DNA from: Planctomycetota bacterium
GTDB taxonomy: Bacteria > Planctomycetota > UBA8108 > SXIK01
Direction of reading: 5' to 3'
NCBI GenBank assembly: GCA_965223265.1
Contig: OZ244999.1
Span: forward strand, 2,624,001 to 2,688,000
Length of the DNA: 64,000 nucleotides
The notes under the pieces: generated by a model
Told to the model about the DNA's origin: nothing
Databases searched by the model: none
Seen by the model: the letters and a program-made list of their open reading frames with translations, nothing else
Shown here: piece by piece, positions 49,405-58,466 of the stretch
Position numbering within the stretch: the stretch's first letter is position 1
Layout: the number at the start of each line of letters is the position of its first letter
Program-made: the position numbers and the translations under genes

Positions 49405-49800
49405 CGGGGAGTTCGATCCGAGTTCGTGTTCGCGTGCGTCCCAAAGTAGCAGGCAAGATCAGCGTGGTGTTGGATCCGGTGAGCGTTTGCGTTTGCGTGA
49501 GCGTTTGCGTGGGCGTGGGAGAGTGGGTGTGCGTAGGCGTCACTTCAACGTAGCACGTACGCGCCGTGTGCTGTTCCGTACGTGACCGTGGACCGTGACT
49601 GTGGCCGTGACCGCGAGGCGCGACGGCGCGTTCTAATAAACTCACCGCCTCTCCGTGTGCCATCCTGCCTGGTCGGCGTCGGCCGTTCCCGTTTGCGCTT
49701 GCGAGTGCGTCTGCGAGTGCATGGGAGTACGAGTACTCTGCTTCTGACTCTGTACCCGTCTCCACATCTGCATCTATCTCCGTCTGCCTCTGCCTGCCTC
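49405..49800. repeat. Intergenic degenerate hexamer tracts
   Basis: GCGTTT/GCGTGA/GCGTGG run at 49479-49540, CGTGAC/CGTGGC run at 49581-49615, GCGAGT and CT-rich 6-periodic run at 49690-49800. Confidence 0.7.
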
Positions 49801-49834
49801 GATCCCTTCAAGGTGGCGGACGCGCTCCCGAATC

Positions 49835-52800
49835 CTAGCCCCCAACGCAGGGTGCGTGATGATCGCAGCTGAGTCCGTCGGGCGTTGGGTCGATCCCGCA
49901 GCCTGCGCTTGGCTGGGGTAGTGGTCCGTTCCCGGCAAACAGGTGGAGGAGGAGCGTCATGGCGTCTGCCAGATCGAGCCTGCCGTCATCGTTGGTGTCT
50001 GCGGCTTTGGCGCACGGCGGTGCCGCGGCGCTGCGGAACAGGTGGTTGAGAAGTGCGACCGCGTCGTTGACGTTCGTGGCGCCGTCCGCATCGAAGTCGC
50101 CGCGACGGTAAACGCTGCGAATCTCGACATCCGTCTTGTTGAACGATCTGAGTGCGGGGTTTGCCAGTGGCTGGAAATCTGCTCCGAGGAGCGTCACACC
50201 ACCAGGAAAGGAGAGCGTTGGTTCCGGTGCTGCAATCTCGACGACACTCACCGGCGCCGCGAGTCCGTCCACCACTACGGGTGGTTCGAGGAGCACCCAG
50301 TACTGTACGCTTCGATTGTGCCGTGCCGCGGCGTAGACTAGCTTCCAATAGTCGCCGACGATGGAACGATCCTGACCCGTGAGAGTGACATCGGCGCGGA
50401 CGATCGAGGCCGGGCCACTGGAGAGCAGGTTCTCCGACTCCAGGAAGCGCTCCTCGAGCTGGATCCGGCCGCCGGCGAATTCAACGTCGATTTGAAAATG
50501 AGGTAGCAGCTCGTAGAAGCACGACGAGTAACCGACCACCGGCTGGCCATTGAGGCGGCCGAGCATCGAGAGGTCGAACGTGAGGTATTCTTCGTCGAGG
50601 ATACGAAACTCGTCGATCGCTTGACTGCCTTGGCCTCGGAAGTTCAGGTTGAAAATCTCAATTTCGAGCTGATCACCGCTAGGCAATGTGAATCGCTGCG
50701 CGTAGCTGAATCGGTAGATGACACGGCGATCGGCATCCTGAACGCGAACGATGTCGACGCGGCCGCTCGCTACGGGCGCGGCGATCTCTTGTTCAGGTCC
50801 GAAGATGACCTGGTCGATGAGATCCAACGCGAAGGAGTCCGAGCGCGTCGGCAGTGGAAAGACGCCGCTGCGAAAGTGGACCATGCTTTTGAGCTCATAT
50901 TCGGTGCGCGGCGGGCGATCCGTGCGATCTTTCGAAAACACCGCGCACACCGATGTGCTGTCCGGGATACGAAGCTCGAACGTCGGAGATTCGACTCGCG
51001 TCGTTGTGAGGAGGAACGGGCGCACCTGTTTGACGGCGAGGGAGCCATCGGCTTCGACCTTAAATTCGAAATCGAGCAGCACTTCGTCGCGGGTGTGGGT
51101 GCCGAGCTCAATTGGGAAATTCTCGTCAACGTGAGCCATCAACGCGCCAAGTTCGCGCAGTTGCGCATCCGTCATGACGACTTCGCCCGGTGGCACAAGC
51201 GACGAACTTCGGTTACGGAATATGTCGATCACTTCGCCATCGACGACCTCCAGGAAATTGCGTTCGACGCGCACTCCTGGTTCAGGACTCACGCTGCTCG
51301 CTTCACCCAGCTGCGCCGTGACGACGTAGCGTCGATCACCCGCATTGGTTGGGTTGCCCGTAAACGCAACACCGTTGGCTTTCTCATCAAGAAAGGCGCG
51401 GTTGACGAGAATGCCCATGGACGCGGCTTCGCGTGGAATTTGAAAAAACGTCCGCTCCTCGTGGGCGCGGAACGTCCAGAGGCTCGTCCATACCTTCTTG
51501 AGAGCTCGTTCGACCGTCCGTTCGGAGTTTCGGCTCGGGTCGCAGTGAGATGCGTCCGGAGTCGCCGGGTCGATCGTATCGGCCGCGCACACCGAGGTTG
51601 ATTCGTAGAGCCCAGCACCGTTGAACTCGAGTCCATCCTCGACATTGGACGATGAACGAAAACGCACCATCAAATCTGTGGCGCCGAACACGTCACGGAT
51701 CCTCTCCGTGAGACTCGCGACGAGCATTGGGTCCACGACGCCTTCGCGGCGCGCGAAGCTGCGGAAGTCGTCGAGGAGCGTGAATCGGCGCTCCGAGTCG
51801 GTCTGCACGTCGGGGTCGTCCAGGAGCTCGAAGAGTAATTCCTCGTAACTCAGGGTGCGGTCGTCGAGCTGGAAAGAGTTTGATTGCATGAAGTCTAGAT
51901 AGTAGCGCATGGGGATTGCAAAGCCGATTTCGCGGTATTGTGCGTACGGACCGGTCAGGACGGTCTGCAGTCGCGACAGGTTCGTCGCCTTGCCGCCGAA
52001 TCGCGACACCGAGGCGCCGTCAAGTGCAACATCAAAGTCGAAGAGGTGATCAAGACCGCCGTATTGCGAATCTACCGTGGGCAGCTGCGGCAGCGACGGA
52101 CGGCTTTGGTCCCAAAACTCCTCGGCTTCGCTGAGCTGTGCCGGTTCGATGCTGTATCCCGTGTCGAGAACCTCGAATCGCACGAGTTCGCCGTCGCGCC
52201 CAGCGAGTTTGTCCGTCGCGCCGGCAATGAACGCGTTGGGCGTCCCGCGGCGCGCGGTGCGTACCGCGATATGACTCAAGTTTCCTTGCGGCTGGCCTGT
52301 GATCACGCCGCTGACGACACCTTCGATGTCCTGAGGGACCTCGTCGACGACCACGATGTCTTGAAGCGTGAAGCGGCCACTGCGGCTCGCAGCTTCGAAT
52401 TCTGCAAGCGTCAGGACACGCACACGACCATATCCTACGCCCCGAGTGTACGGCTCATAGTCACTTTCGGGGAGTCCGACGCCTTCACTGAGAATCGGAA
52501 ACGGGGGATTAGTCCAAGTCTCTGCTTCGTCTCGTGCGAGTTGCGTGTCGGGGTCGTACGCTAACTCGCCGAGAGAGAACACGTGCGTTAGCTGTGTGTG
52601 TACCCACTCGATTTCTTCCAGCTGCAGAACTTCGCGAACATCGAATCCCGTGTCTGCTACGACACTGAATGCGAAAACGGGCTCCGTCTCAGGCTTGAGC
52701 CGCGACAGCACACCGACGTAGAAGTCACGCGTCGCACGGCGCCCGACCAGCCTGTTGTACTCGTCACGTGTTCCCCCGGAGAAGATGTTGGGAAAAACTT

Positions 52801-55309
52801 CTGCGAGGAACGACTCATGAAGTTGAAAGCGGTTGACGTTTTGAAAGAGGACGCCGAGAAGCGTCTCATCATCTCGGGCGGGCACGATGAATTTCGTTGC
52901 CCGATTCGGCGTCGTCTCGCCCAGTGGCACCGATGCGCGGAAGAAATCGAGCTCAGTGCAGAGCTGCTCGAGAAAATCGAAATCGCCACGTTCCGTCGTC
53001 GTCTCCAGATTTTCGAACACGCTGACGTTTTGCGTGTCGTGATTGGCGCTGATGAGCTCAGCGTCGCCATCGCCATCGAGGTCTTGTCCGAAGACAAATC
53101 GAGGTCCCGAACCGCCGATCGCGATGGATTGCCGATCGAGTGCGAATCGGCGGTTGCCGAGGTTGAGCACGACGTCGATCGCAGTGTTCCGCTGCGATCC
53201 ACCCAGTAGATCCACATGTCCGTCGCCGTTGACGTCGGCAAGGCTTACTGAAAGGGGCGTGAACTCGAGCGGCTGAGACGACCCGAACTGACCGTCGCCC
53301 TGGTTCCAGAGAATCGACACGCTTTCGCCCGAGACCGCAGCGAAATCAAGTCGGCCGTCGCCATCCAAGTCGGCGCTTGCCAAGTAGAAAGAAGGCGTCA
53401 GCAATGGAAGGGAGCGTGGCTGCTCAAACGATCCATCGCCGCGATTGAGAAGAAGTGCGACGTCCGACATGTCTGTGCGGGCGGTGGCGATGTCCACATC
53501 GTTGTCGTCGTCGAAGTCGCCGACCACGGAAGCTGCTCCGAGAGTTGGCTCATGATTCGAGACGACCAGCTGGCCGTCGCCGCGGTTAAGAAGGATGACG
53601 CTACGATTCGGGTCGGTAGAGAGGACGTCCAGGTCGTCATCACCATCGAAGTCGCCGGCACTCGTGTGTACGTTCGCCCCGAGGTCGATGAAGAACTGAG
53701 ATGATAGGTTGCCACCGCCATCGTTGACAAACGTCTCGATTCCCAATCCTCGCAGGCCAACGGTGAGATCGAGGTTGCCGTCACCGTTCAAATCGCCTGC
53801 GACGACAGTGAATGCGCGCCCTTGAGCGTCGAGTTGAACCGGCGCTGAGAGCGTCCCATCGCCCTGATTCCGCAGCACTGAGATACCGGCGAAATCTCGA
53901 TTGTTCGCGGTGATGACATCGACGAATCCGTCGCCATCCATATCGGCGACCGTAGCCCCATGCGGCTCTCCAAGCGTCGGATAGAGTGATTCGGCACTGA
54001 CGACAACCTGGCTTGCCCTCGCGTCCGGGATGCGTCCTTGCCACACCATGACAGCGCGACCCTCCGACAAAACGGGGAGCGCCAAATCATCAGCGCTGTC
54101 GCCGTCAAAGTCACCGCCGATCAACGCGCCAGCAGCGACGCGAAACGGCAGGGGCGACAGCGCATCGAATTGACCGTCGCCGCCGTTTCGCGCCACGACC
54201 ACGCTGCCCCCTAGATAGCTCGCAATGACGTCCAAGTCGCCGTCGCGGTCGATGTCACCGCACGTGACGTCGGTGGGGCGCAGCCCTTCGGCTGTCACAA
54301 CCGTCTCAGGGCGAAGGCCAGATGTTGTCGCCATGAGGACATGGATTTCGCCACGTGCCGCGATGATCAGTTCGCCTCTCCCGTCACCGTTCAAATCGGC
54401 GACGGTGAGCTGCTCGGGCTTTTCGATTTCTATCGTTTCTTCGCTGAGCGCAAAGGCATCACCGTGATTCTCGACAACGGTCAGGCTGTTCGCGTTGCGA
54501 TTGCCAGTGACGATGTCGATGTCTGCATCGGCGTCGACGTCGAGCAGTTCGACGGCGATAGGAAACTCGTCGACCGGCAGCTCGGCGACCTCTTCGAGTC
54601 GGCGGTTGCTCCGACTGAGTAGAACCTCCACCGTGTCCACTCTGAGCGTTGTGACGACAACGTCCGTGAGGCCGTCACCATTGAGATCGCCGACAGCGAG
54701 GGCGTGGCTGCCGCGGGCAACCTCTACCCCTTCGGTGGAGCTGGTGAACTGGTCGCTGCCATCTCCGTAGAGAACCACGACCGCGTCAGTGTTGACGTAC
54801 ACGAGATCCTGATGGCCGTCCGCATCCATGTCTGAGGCGCCCCAGCTACGGATGCGCGTGTCCGCGATTTCAAGGTGTCGGCTGTCGAAAAAATCTTCTC
54901 TAAACTCGCCGCGTTCATCGATCGGTCGTTGAAGGAGGATGGTTGCGCCTGAGGAGTGGCCAAAAGCAAGATCCATGAGCCCGTCGGCGTTGAAATCTTT
55001 GGCCATGACCGAACGGGAGTCGCCGTCGAGTTCAACGTTGCTGACCGAATCCAATGCCAGCGGCGGACCCTCGCAAGTGTCTGGCACACCGTTAAGGTTG
55101 CAGTCTTCAGCGTCGCCGCGGCCGACTTCAAGTTCATCCTCGACGCCGTTACCGTTACAGTCCGCGCCGTGCAGCGGTGCGGCGTGTGGGGAGATCAGTG
55201 AGCCGAGAAGGGCGAGGAGAGCTGTGGCGCAGAGGCGAGGGCAGGCTGCACGCACATCGATGGGCGCCGAGGGGCTGAGGTGTGTGGACACGCAGCGGCT
55301 GTGGATCAT
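49835..55309 (-). CDS. Large secreted protein: Cys/Asp repeats + FG-GAP propellers + dikinase module (phospho-His domain, ATP-grasp) + dockerin-like domain
   Basis: DCNGNG..DCNLNGVPDTCE; many GDxxGDGxxD repeats; GVITGQPQGNLSHIAVRTARRGTPNA; FGGKATNL, GFAIP, RFRSSSNVED...GAGLYES, KVWTSLW, ANGVAFT, DFEFK, KQVRP; YRRGDFDADG tail. Confidence 0.88.
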   Translation of the reverse strand: MIHSRCVSTHLSPSAPIDVRAACPRLCATALLALLGSLISPHAAPLHGADCNGNGVEDELEVGRGDAEDCNLNGVPDTCEGPPLALDSVSNVELDGDSRSVMAKDFNADGLMDLAFGHSSGATILLQRPIDERGEFREDFFDSRHLEIADTRIRSWGASDMDADGHQDLVYVNTDAVVVLYGDGSDQFTSSTEGVEVARGSHALAVGDLNGDGLTDVVVTTLRVDTVEVLLSRSNRRLEEVAELPVDEFPIAVELLDVDADADIDIVTGNRNANSLTVVENHGDAFALSEETIEIEKPEQLTVADLNGDGRGELIIAARGEIHVLMATTSGLRPETVVTAEGLRPTDVTCGDIDRDGDLDVIASYLGGSVVVARNGGDGQFDALSPLPFRVAAGALIGGDFDGDSADDLALPVLSEGRAVMVWQGRIPDARASQVVVSAESLYPTLGEPHGATVADMDGDGFVDVITANNRDFAGISVLRNQGDGTLSAPVQLDAQGRAFTVVAGDLNGDGNLDLTVGLRGLGIETFVNDGGGNLSSQFFIDLGANVHTSAGDFDGDDDLDVLSTDPNRSVILLNRGDGQLVVSNHEPTLGAASVVGDFDDDNDVDIATARTDMSDVALLLNRGDGSFEQPRSLPLLTPSFYLASADLDGDGRLDFAAVSGESVSILWNQGDGQFGSSQPLEFTPLSVSLADVNGDGHVDLLGGSQRNTAIDVVLNLGNRRFALDRQSIAIGGSGPRFVFGQDLDGDGDAELISANHDTQNVSVFENLETTTERGDFDFLEQLCTELDFFRASVPLGETTPNRATKFIVPARDDETLLGVLFQNVNRFQLHESFLAEVFPNIFSGGTRDEYNRLVGRRATRDFYVGVLSRLKPETEPVFAFSVVADTGFDVREVLQLEEIEWVHTQLTHVFSLGELAYDPDTQLARDEAETWTNPPFPILSEGVGLPESDYEPYTRGVGYGRVRVLTLAEFEAASRSGRFTLQDIVVVDEVPQDIEGVVSGVITGQPQGNLSHIAVRTARRGTPNAFIAGATDKLAGRDGELVRFEVLDTGYSIEPAQLSEAEEFWDQSRPSLPQLPTVDSQYGGLDHLFDFDVALDGASVSRFGGKATNLSRLQTVLTGPYAQYREIGFAIPMRYYLDFMQSNSFQLDDRTLSYEELLFELLDDPDVQTDSERRFTLLDDFRSFARREGVVDPMLVASLTERIRDVFGATDLMVRFRSSSNVEDGLEFNGAGLYESTSVCAADTIDPATPDASHCDPSRNSERTVERALKKVWTSLWTFRAHEERTFFQIPREAASMGILVNRAFLDEKANGVAFTGNPTNAGDRRYVVTAQLGEASSVSPEPGVRVERNFLEVVDGEVIDIFRNRSSSLVPPGEVVMTDAQLRELGALMAHVDENFPIELGTHTRDEVLLDFEFKVEADGSLAVKQVRPFLLTTTRVESPTFELRIPDSTSVCAVFSKDRTDRPPRTEYELKSMVHFRSGVFPLPTRSDSFALDLIDQVIFGPEQEIAAPVASGRVDIVRVQDADRRVIYRFSYAQRFTLPSGDQLEIEIFNLNFRGQGSQAIDEFRILDEEYLTFDLSMLGRLNGQPVVGYSSCFYELLPHFQIDVEFAGGRIQLEERFLESENLLSSGPASIVRADVTLTGQDRSIVGDYWKLVYAAARHNRSVQYWVLLEPPVVVDGLAAPVSVVEIAAPEPTLSFPGGVTLLGADFQPLANPALRSFNKTDVEIRSVYRRGDFDADGATNVNDAVALLNHLFRSAAAPPCAKAADTNDDGRLDLADAMTLLLHLFAGNGPLPQPSAGCGIDPTPDGLSCDHHAPCVGG

Positions 55310-55482
55310 CGCGAACCTCCCTCGCGTACGCCCTCGTCCGCTACCCAGGACCCCTCTCGACCCTCGTTCGAGTGGCGGCTGTCAAGAATCGATGTTAAGC
55401 GACAGTTGCCCAGAAAGCGAAGACGATTCTCTGCCGCCACCACCAAAATCAACAAGCGCAGTTCTCCGCATGAATGTCTTAA

Positions 55483-55662
55483 CAGCCCGTGTGAAAAAGT
55501 CACTCGCCCGAGAAACTGGCCTCTTCACGCCCAGCTCGACCGCGGCGAGCCTCGCCGTGTATATCTTATAGAAGAGGGCTCGGAGATTGCCTACGTTCGC
55601 CGCGGCCGATCTGGACGCGAAGAGACCAGTTTTCGGCTCGAAGCACTTTTTCAGGCAGGCTG
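55483..55662 (+). mobile_element. MITE copy (180 bp, subtype B), flanked by TTAA direct repeats
   Basis: TIRs CAGCCCGTGTGAAAAAGT / ACTTTTTCAGGCAGGCTG; TTAA at 55479-55482 and 55663-55666; arms shared with copy 1, longer central loop. Confidence 0.88.
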
Positions 55663-55883
55663 TTAACTCGAGGTTAAGTGCGATGCAACGAAAGTGTCTG
55701 CATTCTCCGGCGCGAGTTCAGATCGAACACGTCGATGGTCTCGACGGCACAGTAGCTTTTGGCGCCGCTTTTCTGCAGGTGTTGAGGATAGACTCATTCC
55801 TACCAGTCGTCCGAATACACGAGTCCTATCTCGCGGCGCACGAATGTGACTGGGTGCCCGTGAGAACGATCCGGAGAAGAAAC

Positions 55884-57122
55884 ATGGAAAGACGAACGTT
55901 CTTGAGAAAGGGGGTCGCCGCTGCCGCGCACCTACTCGGCGCGTGGGCACTGTTTCCCAAGGCGGTGCTCGCTAAGATGCCGCGCGACCTGAAAGTCACG
56001 GCGCTCAAGGTGATTCCCGTCTGGACCGGGTCGATGAACTACGTCTTCGTGAAGTTGTACACGAATCACGGCATCACTGGCGTCGGCGAGGGCGGGATCC
56101 GAGGGCGAGGCGGCACGATGATCGCGGCGATCAAGGAGCATGAACGCTACATCGTCGGCAAGAACCCACTTGAGATCGAAAAGCACTGGCAGGCGATGTA
56201 TCGCTGGCCGCGGTGGCGTGGTGGGCCAATCTTGAATAGTGCCGTCAGCGCTGTTGACATCGCGCTCTGGGACATTGCCGGCAAGGTTCTCGACGCTCCG
56301 ATCTATCAGCTTCTCGGCGGTGCTGCAAAAGACAAGATCCGGCTCTACGTCGGTGGCGGATCGGCGGACGGAGTTCGGCAAGCGAAAGAGCGCGGCTTCA
56401 ACGCTTGCAAGACCGGCCCGGCTCTCGCGGTCAACGGAGTCATTCGCCAGCCGTGGGACGTCAAGTCCGAGATCAAACGCCTGCAAGAAATGCGCCAAGC
56501 GGGCGGGGATGACTTCGACATCCTCTACGATGCGCACACGCAGTTTAAGCCGGAGATGGCACTCGATTTTTGTATGCGGGCCGAGGAGCTGCGGCTCTTC
56601 TTTCTGGAGGAGCCCATGTTGACCTCAGACATCGGCAAGATGCAGTGGCTGGCGGACCGCGTCAAAGTGCCGCTCTGCCAGGGTGAGAGCCAGTTCATGA
56701 AATTCGGCTTTCAAGAGATGATCGATCGCCATCTCGTCAGCTACATCAATCCCGACGTCATACACGCCGGCGGCATCTCTGAGTGCAAGAAAATCGCCGC
56801 CATGGCGGAAGCGCATTTCATCGACGTGTCACTCCACAACGCCCAGAGCCCGGTGATGACTCTGGCCGGCCTCCACGTGAACGCCTGCACGACGAACTGC
56901 GTCATCCACGAGTTCAATCAAGCGCGGGAGTACGCCCCGTGGGAGGAGGACCTCTACCGCGGCGTCAAGATCGCGTATGCGAACGGCTACGCGGCGTTGC
57001 CGGAAGGTCCAGGACTCGGCATCGACATTGACGAAGCGGTAGCGAAGAAGCGCCCGGCGCGACCCTTCACTGAGACGCGGGGCACGCTGAGATGGCCGGA
57101 CGGTTCAGTGGGGGACACCTGA
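55884..57122 (+). CDS. Mandelate racemase/enolase-superfamily acid-sugar dehydratase (galactonate dehydratase-like) with Tat-like signal
   Basis: MERRTFL leader; GITGVGE, SAVDIALWDIAGK, YDAH, FLEEP, GES, PDVIHAGGISE, HN, PGLGIDIDE. Confidence 0.88.
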   Translation: MERRTFLRKGVAAAAHLLGAWALFPKAVLAKMPRDLKVTALKVIPVWTGSMNYVFVKLYTNHGITGVGEGGIRGRGGTMIAAIKEHERYIVGKNPLEIEKHWQAMYRWPRWRGGPILNSAVSAVDIALWDIAGKVLDAPIYQLLGGAAKDKIRLYVGGGSADGVRQAKERGFNACKTGPALAVNGVIRQPWDVKSEIKRLQEMRQAGGDDFDILYDAHTQFKPEMALDFCMRAEELRLFFLEEPMLTSDIGKMQWLADRVKVPLCQGESQFMKFGFQEMIDRHLVSYINPDVIHAGGISECKKIAAMAEAHFIDVSLHNAQSPVMTLAGLHVNACTTNCVIHEFNQAREYAPWEEDLYRGVKIAYANGYAALPEGPGLGIDIDEAVAKKRPARPFTETRGTLRWPDGSVGDT

Positions 57123-57125
57123 TCT

Positions 57126-57551
57126 TCACGATCCCTCTGTGAATACCTGTGGCTCGATGGCCATGCGGTGCGGAGAGGCAAACTCTCGGCCGGATTCCCC
57201 CATTTCGTACGGCACCACGATTCCCATCGCGAAACCCGACCGGTGCTCGACCGCAACGTGAATTGCATCGAGAGTTTCGCCTGACTCTGGATTGGAGAGC
57301 GTGACGTCCGTGATCACGGCGAGCGCGATCATGTCGCTTTCCTCACGGAACTTTCTCAAACCTCGGTAGAGAGTTGTGATCGCCTCATCGGTCTCCATCC
57401 CAGGATCGGTCGCGATCATTTGTCCCTCGGAGTTTTCGATGCTCGTGAAGGCGTAGGGGTGCAAGTCGTCGGTGTTCGCGGCCATCATCGAGAGGGAATT
57501 GAGAGCCTGTTCGTAGATTGCTGTAACTTCTTGTTCTGTCTGTTCGTCCAT
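57126..57551 (-). CDS. Acidic hypothetical protein
   Basis: Protein-like composition (LHPYAF, DAIHVAVEHRSG, VPY) directly after the ATPase; start 57551 or 57611. Confidence 0.6.
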   Translation of the reverse strand: MDEQTEQEVTAIYEQALNSLSMMAANTDDLHPYAFTSIENSEGQMIATDPGMETDEAITTLYRGLRKFREESDMIALAVITDVTLSNPESGETLDAIHVAVEHRSGFAMGIVVPYEMGESGREFASPHRMAIEPQVFTEGS

Positions 57552-57600
57552 TCTGATTCCTTGAGACTCTGATGGAGTGATCTTCAATTGCGTCAAACGC

Positions 57601-58361
57601 TCATTCGTCACGAAACAACTCCCGCAGGAAACGATCGGGACTCTCGAGGAACGACTTCGTGATGACGTAGTGCTCGGTCTCTCGGTAGTCGACGGCGCCG
57701 ATCCCTTGGTCGGTCAGGTGGTAGAGCGTCGCGTCAGGATACGCCATCAAAATGGGGGAGTGCGTCGCCAAGACAAATTGGGCGCCGGCGCTGGCGAGAT
57801 CATGAATGAGCCTGAGGAGCGAGAGTTGACGTTGGGGCGAGAGGGCGGATTCCGGCTCGTCGAGGACATAAAGCCCTTTCTCGTGAAATCGGTTCTGCAC
57901 GACCCAGAGAAACGCTTCGCCGTGAGATCGAGAGTGGAGGTCCTCCCAACCATAGGCAAAGAGCCCCCTGGTTTCGATCTCGGTGGAAACGTTGAACATG
58001 GTTTCAGCCCGCAGAAAAAATGCAGATCGCTCACGTGTGGGGTTGCGGACGAGCCGCAGCGCGTTGTGCAGCGACGACTCAGACGGTCGCAGGGAATAGT
58101 CGAAGTTTTTGCTGCCTCCTTCGGGGTTGAGTCCAGCAGCGATGGCGATGGCTTCAATGAGGGTCGACTTGCCGGAGCCGTTCTCTCCGATCAGCATCGT
58201 CACTTGGGGTGAAGTGAAAGCGTCTCGAGCCCTTGGATTGCAGGAATCGCAAAAGGGTAGACCTCGAAGCTCTCCACTCGATCGCGACGCAGCTGGATTT
58301 CGCGCAAGAATCCGCGTTGCTGCAATCTTACTGTCACTTTCATTGGTGCCGTTTCGTCCAT
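57601..58361 (-). pseudogene. ABC/AAA-like predicted ATPase (COG3910-like) split by a 1-nt frameshift near 58203
   Basis: 5' frame FLREIQLRRDRVESFEVYPFAIPAIQGLETLSLHPK* continues in another frame as VTMLIGENGSGKST...SHGEAF...LDEPESALSP...ATHSP. Confidence 0.75.
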
Positions 58362-58466
58362 TCTGTCACGAAGCATCCTTGCGATCGCAAGTTTTCTTTT
58401 TGCTAGGCGGTTCGTGACTGCCCACAATCACCTTGGGATGACCATCGAGCAGATGCTGGGGAGCAT

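Noticed and set aside
49388-49872. Low-complexity ORFs in the hexamer spacer
   Set aside because: Products of repeat periodicity, present on both strands, with no RBS or motif.
49835-55309. Annotation as ppsA/ppdK or rifampin phosphotransferase
   Set aside because: Domain order differs, no PEP barrel, and the protein appears exported.
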